Under the pieces are notes generated by a model. It had not been told where the DNA came from and did no database searches. It was given only the letters and a program-made list of their open reading frames with translations. A stretch of DNA of 62,956 nt, filler included, from Stramenopiles sp. TOSAG23-2 (Eukaryota): NCBI GenBank assembly GCA_900128395.1. It is 27 parts of 27 records of this genome, joined end to end, with 100 filler letters (N's around TTAATTAATTAA, not from the genome) between each part and the next. Parts side by side here need not be neighbours in the genome. Positions count along the whole stretch, not along the records: positions 37,464 to 39,694 come from LT651912.1; positions 39,795 to 42,024 come from LT651913.1; positions 42,125 to 44,354 come from LT651914.1; positions 44,455 to 46,682 come from LT651915.1; positions 46,783 to 49,008 come from LT651916.1; 22 more parts are not named here. The stretch is one strand, 5' to 3'. Each line of letters starts with the position of its first letter. Positions within the stretch are counted from its first letter, which is position 1. Made by a program: the position numbers and the translations under genes. Shown in pieces: positions 37,464-47,751 of the stretch.

Positions 37464-39694
37464 TAGTATGTGCATGTGAAAAAGGACGTTTTGAGGATGT
37501 GAAAGTATTGATTACAGGGCATAATGATGTGAATGGTAGTAATGGTAATAGCAAAAGAAGGTGCAATAATAATAATATGACATTGAAAGAATACGTGAAT
37601 CAAGAAGGTAAACGTAGTAATGGTCGTGAATGTACACCTTTAATGGCAGCTGCACACTACGAACATTTCCAAATAGTTAAATATTTGATTGAACAAGGTG
37701 AAGCTGATCCTAATATTGGTAATGGAGAGAATGCATTACATTTAGCAGCAAACCAGGCCATTATTGATTATTTATTCTCCATTTTGCTAGATGGAATAAC
37801 ACTTAATACATTCAATGCGAGAGATGAGTATAAGAAGTTATTTCCAGACGGTACGCCATTAGTATGTGCATGTGAAAAAGGACGTTTTGAGGATGTGAAA
37901 GTATTGATTACAGGGCATAATGATGTGAATGGTAGTAATGATAATAATAATAATATGACATTGAAAGAATACGTGAGTCAAGTCGGTACAGATAGTAGTG
38001 GTTTTGATTATACACCTTTAATGATAGCTGCAATGAAAGAACATTTCCACGTAGTTCAATATTTAATTGAACAAGGTGAAGCTGATCCTAATATTGCAAA
38101 TAGTATTGGATTGAATGCATTACATTTTGCAGCAATGTGGAACGGAACGGATACTAATTTGATTCAATTTTTATTAACTCATATGTCTCTTGGTAGTATT
38201 AATAAGAAGACCGGGGGAGGCACTCCCCTGGACTGTGCATATCGTGAAGACTATCCAAATATTAAACTCATTGCACTTTTACGTTCAAAAGGTGGAAAAG
38301 CAACTAGACATGATGAAAATGGTAGAAATGTAGGAGTAGGGAATGGTGATTTACACGATTTACACAATGCTATCAAATCTGAAAATATGGAATTATTTCG
38401 GAAAGTAATGAATGAAGATGATATTAGTATCAAAGTATACATGTCCAATAATCCGGAAAAGCCTTTATTACGATACGCAATCGATGTGTTAAATATAAAC
38501 ATATATAAAATATTAGTAAAGGATAAACGTATCAATCTAAATGAGGAAGATTTAGAAATAAAGGGTAAAACTAATTTACATTACATATGTGAAATTAAAT
38601 TTGACAAATCAAACGAAGAGAAACATCTGGAACTAACGAAACACATTTATCACAAAATTAAACCAACATACCGTGATGCCACTGATCGAGATCGAGATGC
38701 CATAATACGTTATTGCAATTGGCCATTAGTTATGAAATGGGCCAAATCACTTGGTACAAAATTTCAACGTTATAAAATTACCAACGAAGAAAAACCTATA
38801 CATCAATCCTCAACTTCGATTGTATTTTTTGCTACTGATATTGAAGATAATAATAATCAAGTAGCATTAAAATTGATGAAAAATTATAATGAATTTAAAC
38901 GTGAAATTACTGCACGATTTACTAGTAATAATCTTGATAGTACAATTGATAAATATGTAGTCAAAGTACTTGGATGGCATTTACCGAACGTTGGTACAAT
39001 ACTTCCATTAGAAAATCATAAAGGAAAACAACGAAATTGTGTTACAGAACCAACCTTTCATCCTGAATACCAATATGTACTAGTCATGGAACGTGGCATT
39101 GTATCATTGTTTCACGAGCTTTCTACACAACGTATTGCCGGGTATAACCCAAACAAAATTGCCAATATATTTCATCAAGCTGCGACAAAAGTGAAAGAAT
39201 TGCATCATGATTTAAAATATATACATTGTGATTTAAAACCACGGAATTTTTTATATGTCAAACGTGATGACGAAGAAGAACAATTATTATTATGTGATAT
39301 GGATGCAGCATGTAAACAAGATAGCCAACGAGATGAAACATTGAAATATAGTACAGGTTACTGTCCACCTGAGCTCGCACAATATTTATTTAATAATAAT
39401 AATAATAATAGTGCCAGACACATTGAGAAAATAAAAAGTTCATTTGATATTTGGTCATTAGGTGTATTATTATTTGAACTATGTACTGGGCAGCAATTAT
39501 TTCATCAAGATATAAGTAATGATAATTTAGTAAACGAAACAGATAAAAGTATTTTATGTGCATGGCATACGATATCAGATAAATACTTGAATTTGATTAC
39601 TTTTCCAAATAACCGTCAATTTACAGATGCTGCTCGAGATTTAATTCGTTGGTGTTTGAAAGGTAAACCTGATGAAAGGCCGAAAAATATTGCA
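37464..39694 (+). CDS. Ankyrin-repeat plus atypical protein kinase, both ends truncated
   Basis: TPLMAAA, GENALHLAA, GTPLVCAC, TPLDCA ankyrins; kinase VALK, HCDLKPRN, LCDMD, STGYCPPE, DIWSLG, ERP. Confidence 0.88.
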
Positions 39695-40411
39695 NNNNNN
39701 NNNNNNNNNNNNNNNNNNNNNNNNNNNNNNNNNNNNNNTTAATTAATTAANNNNNNNNNNNNNNNNNNNNNNNNNNNNNNNNNNNNNNNNNNNNTAAATA
39801 ACGGGACGAATTCTGTCCATTCCTCTTCTTCCTCCTCCGATGATGATACAATCATTCTTATACACAACAAAGAAAAATAATTTCTGAAATTCTTAGTTAT
39901 ATCAGCTAGGACCCTTCATAGGGATATAACTCTCTTATTTTCACGGACTTATAGTGCTGGAAAGAATTAAAAAGAAGTGTGTCGCGTGTCGCCGAAGATA
40001 TTGTGAGTTTAGTCATCAGATAGTTTAATTATGTTAGTTATACACTAGAGTTCACATACTTTTTTTTAAAAATAATATATCAAGTACATATAATGGTATA
40101 CTAAGATGCCTGTTTGAGTTGATAGAACTATTAGTAAACAAATATATATAATATGTACTTAATAAATTTATATATTTTTTTAAAATTAAGAGAACGATAT
40201 GTGCATATGATTTTCAGAAATTTTTCCTTGTGTGTGTTGTTAGATTTGGATTTAATACCACAGGTAAGGTTGCTAAGGCAATTTTGTACCTAAGAAGAAA
40301 TCAATAGTCGGATTTAATAATTATATGAACACACACACAATACCCATGTACCCATTGTTACGATTATATATATATATATATATAGATTGTTCTTTTTTTT
40401 TTTGGTGTCAA

Positions 40412-40660
40412 TTATGTTAATTTAATTTTGACAAAACTGATTGTATCTTTAAATCCAACTGTACCACATTCAAACAATAAACCAAGTTCATGTTCATTTA
40501 AAACAATTAATTGGGAATATCCACTTGGTCCTTTCCATACAACACGAAAGATTTCCCACGTCATGTCATGATCCAAACTTCGTTTAATGGTCATATTAAC
40601 ACGTTCCTTATCATTATTTGCATTAGATGTGTATAAAATATTATTTGGACTACCACCATT
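40412..40660 (-). CDS. Sialidase (GH33/BNR) C-terminal fragment
   Basis: ERVNMTIKRSLDHDMTW (Asp-box-like), GPSGYSQL, LGLLFECG, TISF; upstream part missing at a junction. Confidence 0.75.
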   Translation of the reverse strand, partial: NGGSPNNILYTSNANNDKERVNMTIKRSLDHDMTWEIFRVVWKGPSGYSQLIVLNEHELGLLFECGTVGFKDTISFVKIKLT

Positions 40661-41004
40661 TATAATCGATCCTTGACAACTTTGTTTTTATCATGGATAT
40701 CTAAAATTTCTCCTGTAAATAGATGAACCATTTCATATATTGTATTACTACCTTCTTTAGATCGATATTGACATAAATGCCATTTACCATCATAATATGC
40801 TTGATAATCTTTGATAATCTTCATAAACGTTTTTGTATGTTTCATAGCTACTTTTTGCTTCCCGTTTTTTATTCGCGGCGAAATCTTTGGGTGTAGTTTC
40901 GTTGTTTTCCTAGTTGGACTTGGCAATATTTTCGTCTTCAGAGCCGATGGGCCATGCTTTCTTGACTCTGGCTTTGCAGCTTTCTTTGACTTATAAAAAC
41001 TCAT
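40660..41004 (-). CDS. Hypothetical Lys-rich protein
   Basis: 114-aa ATG ORF with a basic N-half and a small beta-rich C-half (YQAYYDGKWHLC). Confidence 0.4.
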   Translation of the reverse strand: MSFYKSKKAAKPESRKHGPSALKTKILPSPTRKTTKLHPKISPRIKNGKQKVAMKHTKTFMKIIKDYQAYYDGKWHLCQYRSKEGSNTIYEMVHLFTGEILDIHDKNKVVKDRL

Positions 41005-41076
41005 AATGGTATGATTAAGTGATGATGATTGTTGTTCTTTCTTGTTTATTATTAGGTACCATTAAAGCTTTCTTTT

Positions 41077-41907
41077 TTAATCTGTTTGAATGTTAGGCCA
41101 AGTATTCTTCTCGTAGAAATCGCGGCCTGATAAACAGTTCAGACCTTCTCCAACAATGCGATCATTAACAAACGTTTCCACCATTTTACTTGTTATATTG
41201 GACGACGAAACAAAATTAGTAAACATCCTCCCAGTGTTTGTGACGGTGCACGTATTATTCAGTTGGTTGATCACCGCCGAACCTCTGGACCAAGCCAACA
41301 AGGCGTTGTCCGTGGATAGCGTCACATTGACGTACAAGAACGCTTCGTCGGAACACGCTGGTGTCCTTTCCGACCAAACAATATTTCCAGTGCTGGAGGA
41401 AAAAGGAACGGATTTTGGATTGATTCCGTTCACCAATAAAATGAGAGTATCGTCTCTTGCATCTGCGAGAAACGCGACAGCGTTTCGAAAACTGGGATCG
41501 TCGCAACTGTTCGATTGCTGGTAGTAACAATTGCCTGCCTGTGCGCTGTAGAACGTGTAAAGTCCTGTGGCGTTGCAAAATATTGCCTCAAACGCTTGTA
41601 AATCTTGCGAGCCACCAATCTTTCGCATTGCATACGTTTTCGTGTTGCCATCCATGTGAGCTTCAGTGAAGTAACCGTAGGGTGGAGCGACGAGTGAAAA
41701 ACTTGTAGGAAAGGAAGGAGGTGAACATTCCTTCGAAGGCCCCCAGGCACATTGCGGCAGGTGAAACTCGCAATCGTGCTGGTCGAGGCCCGTGCAGTTG
41801 CTCTGCGGCGCAACGCCGCCCGTGCAGCACGACGGATCCTCGGCTTTGACACACGTTGCAATGCATGCTGTAGCAAAAATGGCGTAGCAGGTAAAGACTT
41901 TATTCAT
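41077..41907 (-). CDS. Secreted Cys-containing protein with anomalously high GC
   Basis: Signal peptide MNKVFTCYAIFATACIATCVKA; small Cys-rich N-domain; complete ORF. Confidence 0.75.
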   Translation of the reverse strand: MNKVFTCYAIFATACIATCVKAEDPSCCTGGVAPQSNCTGLDQHDCEFHLPQCAWGPSKECSPPSFPTSFSLVAPPYGYFTEAHMDGNTKTYAMRKIGGSQDLQAFEAIFCNATGLYTFYSAQAGNCYYQQSNSCDDPSFRNAVAFLADARDDTLILLVNGINPKSVPFSSSTGNIVWSERTPACSDEAFLYVNVTLSTDNALLAWSRGSAVINQLNNTCTVTNTGRMFTNFVSSSNITSKMVETFVNDRIVGEGLNCLSGRDFYEKNTWPNIQTD

Positions 41908-42294
41908 TAAAATTATTTATGTTAAAATACTTCTTTAAATAAAATCAATTCAACCAGATGAAGGTAGCAGTAGTTGTCAAAATTGTTTTAAATGAACATG
42001 AACTTGGTTTATTGTTTGAATGTGNNNNNNNNNNNNNNNNNNNNNNNNNNNNNNNNNNNNNNNNNNNNTTAATTAATTAANNNNNNNNNNNNNNNNNNNN
42101 NNNNNNNNNNNNNNNNNNNNNNNNGCTTAAAACTTTCTAATAATTCCACCAAAAGATATATGTAATATCCATATATCGATATTATACCAGGCCCAGGCAG
42201 GCATACAGCGAGAGAGAAAGAGAAAGAGAATGAAAGAAAACAGATATATATATATAGTCATATAATTAATCAATTTTTTTTTTTTTGCATCAAC

Positions 42295-44094
42295 ATGCCG
42301 CAAGATGGACAAGGAAGATGGCTTGTGCAAACTGATCGTTCAGAACTATGGATGTATACATTATCAGAAAGTTATGAACCTGGTGAAATAATTCATATAC
42401 ATGCTTCAAGTACTATTTGTAGATCTTTCCAGGTAGATATTGTACGTGATGGTAAAATTGTACATACTACGGAGACTATTTCAGTCAATTTTCATAAAGC
42501 ACCAACCCGTGCATTTGAAACTGGTTGTGGCTGGCCCGAAGTATATCAATTTAAAATTCCGAATGATTGGCCATCTGGTTTTTATATTATGAACGGACGT
42601 TGTGTTGGTCCAAATAATGACGCGGGACTGAATGGACCAGCATTAGCTGAACATTTTTTCGTACTTCGACCGTCGTTAAGTGACGATAGAAATTTGGTAA
42701 CAAAACATATCAATGAAAAACGTATATTATTAATTTGCAGCACAAATACATGGACGTCATACAATAATTGGGGAGGTGCAAATCATTATGCCTCCTTTGA
42801 GAAAACTGGTAACCCACGTTTACATTATTCCGATGAAGGGTTTCAAGTTCCTATGGAAGAAATCATGGCAGGGAATACCATTTTAAGTAATTGTAGACCA
42901 TATTCACCGGGAATGGTCACATTGCCAGACGGTTATCCGCGCCTTCCCTATAGTGCATTAAACGCTCCGAGTGAAATAAATAATGCTAGTGTCATACGCA
43001 ATATGATAAGTTTAGAAGGCGTTGATCGTGGTGTACTTGGTGGTCAGCAAAAAGCAAGTTCATGGTGCCAATCTACAGGATGGGCGAGTTATGAAAGATT
43101 TTTCTATGAATGGGCTGTGAAAGATGGTTATAAAGTGGATATGATTTCGAATAGAGACTTACATCGATATGGACGTAAGATTTTAGATCATTATAAAGTT
43201 TGTGTTTGTATTGGACATGATGAATATTGGTCTAGTGGTATGCGAGATGAAATTGATGGTTACCTTGATGATGGTGGTAGAGTTGCACGATTTGCAGGTA
43301 ATTTTTATTGGCAAATACGATATGAAGCAGATCCAAATGCACCAAAAGATGGAGCACCGAGGCAAATTTGTCATAAATATGGAGCCGCAAAAACCGATCC
43401 AGTTATGGGTACGAAAGATCAACATTTATTAACATATGAATGGGAATCTCCGCTGATTGGTAGACCAGGATGTGAAACATTTGGTTTAAATGGAGCAATG
43501 GGTCTTTATGCAAGATGGTTGCGGTCGAACCCGGCCAACCCCGGTGGATTTACCATATACAGGCCACAACATTGGGCTTTAAAAAATTCAGGATTATGTT
43601 ATGGCGACATGTTAGGTGGAGCGGCACAAGATGCTGTCATATTTGGATTTGAATGCGATGGACTTGATTATAGGATAGATGATGGAGTTCCTTTTCCTAC
43701 TGGTAATGATGGAGCTAACGTCGAAGCGACAAGAATTATAGGCATTGGTTTATGTGATAATTCAGGGTTACCAGGTGATCAAAGGTTAAATGCAGCTGTT
43801 AGGTATGGGAAAACACCGGATGAATTAGCAGGTGAGAATCTAAGTAAGGAAATGTTGAAAAGAGCTGAACGTGGTAATGGTATGATTGTCGAATTTTACA
43901 GAGGCAAAGGACGTGTCTTTCATGTAGGATCGACGGAATGGATCGTAGGACTTCAACAGCATCGTTCAGATCCAACACAATGTAAATCAAAAATGGTTGA
44001 GGTTATTACACAAAATGTATTGAATCGATTTTTAGATATCAAGCCGTTCGGTACAACATGGGATGATTTTGGTGAGACAGTTGCAAGACTTTAA
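42295..44094 (+). CDS. N,N-dimethylformamidase large (beta) subunit-family protein with PTS1 (-ARL)
   Basis: GCGWP...IPNDWPSGFY, STNTWTSYNNWGGANHY, GWASYERFFYEWA...GY, IGHDEYWS, ARFAGNFYWQIR, GGFTIYRPQHWAL...LCYGD, GFECDG, GRVFHVGSTEW, ITQNVL. Confidence 0.85.
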   Translation: MPQDGQGRWLVQTDRSELWMYTLSESYEPGEIIHIHASSTICRSFQVDIVRDGKIVHTTETISVNFHKAPTRAFETGCGWPEVYQFKIPNDWPSGFYIMNGRCVGPNNDAGLNGPALAEHFFVLRPSLSDDRNLVTKHINEKRILLICSTNTWTSYNNWGGANHYASFEKTGNPRLHYSDEGFQVPMEEIMAGNTILSNCRPYSPGMVTLPDGYPRLPYSALNAPSEINNASVIRNMISLEGVDRGVLGGQQKASSWCQSTGWASYERFFYEWAVKDGYKVDMISNRDLHRYGRKILDHYKVCVCIGHDEYWSSGMRDEIDGYLDDGGRVARFAGNFYWQIRYEADPNAPKDGAPRQICHKYGAAKTDPVMGTKDQHLLTYEWESPLIGRPGCETFGLNGAMGLYARWLRSNPANPGGFTIYRPQHWALKNSGLCYGDMLGGAAQDAVIFGFECDGLDYRIDDGVPFPTGNDGANVEATRIIGIGLCDNSGLPGDQRLNAAVRYGKTPDELAGENLSKEMLKRAERGNGMIVEFYRGKGRVFHVGSTEWIVGLQQHRSDPTQCKSKMVEVITQNVLNRFLDIKPFGTTWDDFGETVARL

Positions 44095-44454
44095 CACTGT
44101 AATAAACAATATAGGATCATATTGCGCATATTTTTCATTAAATTTTACTAAAAATAGTATTTTCTACCTAAATTTTTGATTTACATGTACCATCTCATGG
44201 ATTTTTCAATTCATTACATGAAAACAAAGGAAAAACATTGAAAATACCTTTTTAAACTTAGGCTCCACTAGTATACTATTTTTCCTATCAATTGGCAAAA
44301 TAATTTTGACATTTCACGTTTTCAGAAATTAGGGATAGCAGAATTTTAAGCATTNNNNNNNNNNNNNNNNNNNNNNNNNNNNNNNNNNNNNNNNNNNNTT
44401 AATTAATTAANNNNNNNNNNNNNNNNNNNNNNNNNNNNNNNNNNNNNNNNNNNN

Positions 44455-46682
44455 TTTAACTTATGCGATGTACTTGTTGCGCTACTATCAAAGCTGTTAT
44501 TGTTAATAGCGCTACGACTTGGTGATCCATCCTTTTGTTGACCTGTTTGTACAAACAGATCTTTACGTATTTCTTCTGATGTTGGGCGATTCGCTACATT
44601 ACGTTGAAAACATTTTAACAAAAATGATCGCAAAACGTTTGTGATTTCATTTTCAGCTGGTAATACTGGCATCGTGCCTGGATTTTTTAAGATATGAGTG
44701 CAAAGAGCTAACGGGTTATCAAATTGAACCCATGGCGCTTCACCAGTAATCAACTCCAATATTGTAGCACCTAAACTCCAAATATCTACTTTGCGACCGT
44801 ATGATTCTTGCCCCAACATTACTTCAGGTGCCATGTAACAAAATGAACCTACCGTTTCTACATTTTCATTTAACATAGTATGACTACCAGACATTTGTTT
44901 TGAGATTCCAAAATCAGCTACTTTGATTACATCATTATCATCAACCAAAATATTAGCTGGTTTAAGATCGCGATGTATTATACTTTCCCCATGAAAATAA
45001 ATTAACGCATCAATAATTTGTATGGTGTACTTCCGCATTATCGTTTCATCAAAAGGCCCATGTTTTTGTAATTTGTCTTTTAATGAACCACCAGAAACAT
45101 ATTCCATGATGATGTAAATACCAGAGTCATGTTTAATGGCTCCATAATATTTAACTATGTTTCGATGCTCTAATTTACTTAAAAGCAAAATTTCATTCTT
45201 CCAGCAATCGTCATTTTCTGGGATAAGTTTTACGGCTCTTGTTTCATTTTTAATCTCATTCACAGCACGGTATACAACACCAAATGTACCAGCATTTATT
45301 ACTTCAAATGTGTGCCATTCATAATCACCTATTTTACGCTTTATTTTTGGTTCATTTTCCAGTGCAACATGTTGTGGGTTGTTTTTTGGGACTAAAAGTT
45401 GTTTAAGTAGTTGTTTTCCAGGCTCTGATGATGCAGGAAATCTGTATTCACGTTCTTTGATGGTTATGTACGTTTCTTGCCCTTGCTTTAGTATATTTTC
45501 TAATTGTGCGTGTTTATCTTCTAATAGTCGTTGATTTCGATTGATATCATTTAAGTCGTCCGCAACTTCATTTTGAAATTGATCAACTTCTTCTACTAAA
45601 ACATCATGCTTTATTTCCAAATTATCTTGCTTCTTCTTTACATATGTAATTTCCAAATTATCTTGCTTCTTCTTTACATCTGTAATATCCATTTGAAGTT
45701 TGCTAAATAACAATTTATTATGTTTATCCATCTGCTGTACCTTTTTTGCAACGGCAGATATATATCTTTTTTGTTTTTTTCCCAGTATAGTTTGCCAGGT
45801 TTGATTTTTTTGCAATTCTTTTATACATAATAAATTTAATGAATTCAATGCATTTGTATTAATAACTAGACGTTTCCCAGGTTTGAATTTACCATTTTTA
45901 TCGACACGTTGATCAATATTATCTTTCGTAACTTCTGTTCCATCCTCAAATCGTACTAATGGCATGCCTGTTGCAACACCAACTCTCCATAAATCTTCTG
46001 CAATAAATCCTGCATCTAAATCATTTGATTTGTTCCATTTATATATATGCAGTGGTAGATCAACAATTTTATTTAAAATCTTGCTTGGACATTTTTTAAT
46101 AATAGTTTTTAATTTTGAGTCTGATAAAACTATTAATTGATCAGTAACAAGTTGGTTGAATGTCGCTTTATTTGCAATTACATTATTTGCCGAGACTCTG
46201 TCATGAATATAATCGATATCTATCAGTATATGCGGTGTATTGCTTGGGCCATTTTCGAACCCAACACGCGCTGTTGACATATCTTGGATGTTGGTATTAC
46301 CGAAACCCCAATTCTTTGCACTTCCGATAACAATTATTTCATCAAATAGTAGATCACTTGAAATTTTAATTTTCGCTTGCATATCATCAACATTTTCATC
46401 TCCATCATCTGTATAAAAAATTCTCCAATAATTCAGACGAGAGTGATTACGCTTGGTATTTGTACCAGGAATGTTTGTACCAAATGGTAATTGAGTATTA
46501 TTAAAATCAATTGGTTGATGATTTTTTGGTTGTTGAGCTAGTATTTGACCTTTTTTATTTACCGTTCGCCAATAAAACTGTCTATTGTCATTCTGGTTAT
46601 TTACGACGTTTAATCTTCCTTGTAAAGCTCCATTACATAGAATATAAAAACATCGCCATTTGGGAACTCCTCGATTCATAAT
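44455..46682 (-). CDS. Fusion of unknown N-domain, peptidase S74/intramolecular chaperone domain, coiled coil and STE/MAP3K-like kinase; both ends possibly truncated
   Basis: LSDSKLK...LNKIVDLPLHIYKW...AGFIAEDL...INTNAL...CIKELQK; kinase AGTFGVVY, AVK, EHRNIVKYYG, MEYVSGGSL, HRDLKPAN, DFG, GSFCYMAPE, DIWSLG, EAPW. Confidence 0.82.
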
Positions 46683-46782
46683 NNNNNNNNNNNNNNNNNN
46701 NNNNNNNNNNNNNNNNNNNNNNNNNNTTAATTAATTAANNNNNNNNNNNNNNNNNNNNNNNNNNNNNNNNNNNNNNNNNNNN

Positions 46783-47343
46783 TCGCACGTACCATTTCAT
46801 GGCTACTGTATGACTTTTTGTCTGAATTTCGTGTGTATTGACAGGATTAGCAACAGACAATTTAAAATATATAATATTCCTAATTATATTATTATAATAT
46901 GTTTTGTTGAGCCGAACATTATGGAAAGGTTTTACCTCTATGATAATATTGACAGTTGGTGAAACGGCTGAATCAGGAGAGATTTTCCATCTCCTCCACC
47001 AAGTGAGAATCTTTGCAGCCGGGATGAACCGCCTGTCAAGATATCTTGTTATTCTTTTCCAACGCTTGTGTTCCTGAACGCGGTCAGCTAACACATCAAT
47101 CATAGTATTTCCAATATCTGTTTCACTATGAGTTGAGTGACCGTTGGAAAGAGGACCTGATAGAAGCTTTTGTCTCCATCGCCTCCACCATGTTAGGATC
47201 CTTGCAGCTGAAATAAATCTAGCATCACTGAATCTAGCCCAACGGAAACGATCCCTATTGGTTATCCGTGGAAGTTTTGGGCGTTCAAACCTGTTCAACT
47301 TGTTTGTTGTTGTTGTTAATGTACCCGAGCGTAGACGGGCCAT
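46783..47343 (-). CDS. Hypothetical protein N-terminus with duplicated IQ-like motif, 3' truncated
   Basis: RFISAARILTWWRRW and RFIPAAKILTWWRRW. Confidence 0.5.
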
Positions 47344-47641
47344 ATTGCAACTATTATTATTATTAAATAATATATATTATTAAAACTGACCGTTGAAAAA
47401 TAATGGAAATTTTGATAAAAATTGTAAAATAAATATTCTAATAAAAATAAAAATATATATCACGATGCAATGCAACGTTTATGAATAACTGTATATATTT
47501 TATTTTAATATTTGTTGATGTTATATATATAGAATATATATTATAATATTTATAAAAAAAATATTTTTTATACGTAAGTGATTAAGTTATGCATTAATTA
47601 AATTTTATTTTTTACGTACACACGAAAATATATTTTTTACG

Positions 47642-47650
47642 TACGAAGTA
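47642..47650. terminator. Candidate 3'-region motif TACGAAGTA/TACTTCGTA (representative copy)
   Basis: Exact copies at 25442, 26018, 26110, 30850 and 47642, all downstream of stop codons. Confidence 0.3.
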
Positions 47651-47751
47651 TATATATCATATAATATATATGCGTAAAATTAAATATATATAATATATAA
47701 CACATATGTGGGCGGTGAAATAATTTGACTTTTTGTTCTATTCGCCTCCTA

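Noticed and set aside
45613-45680. 36-bp in-frame duplication (VKKKQDNLEI x2) in the S74-kinase coiled coil as a chimera breakpoint
   Set aside because: It is in frame and the heptad pattern continues on both sides; it does not by itself indicate a join, though read validation is still advised.
42295-46682. Gene cluster or operon linking DMFase, the S74-kinase and neighbours
   Set aside because: The genes lie on different contigs ordered only by length, so no synteny can be inferred.
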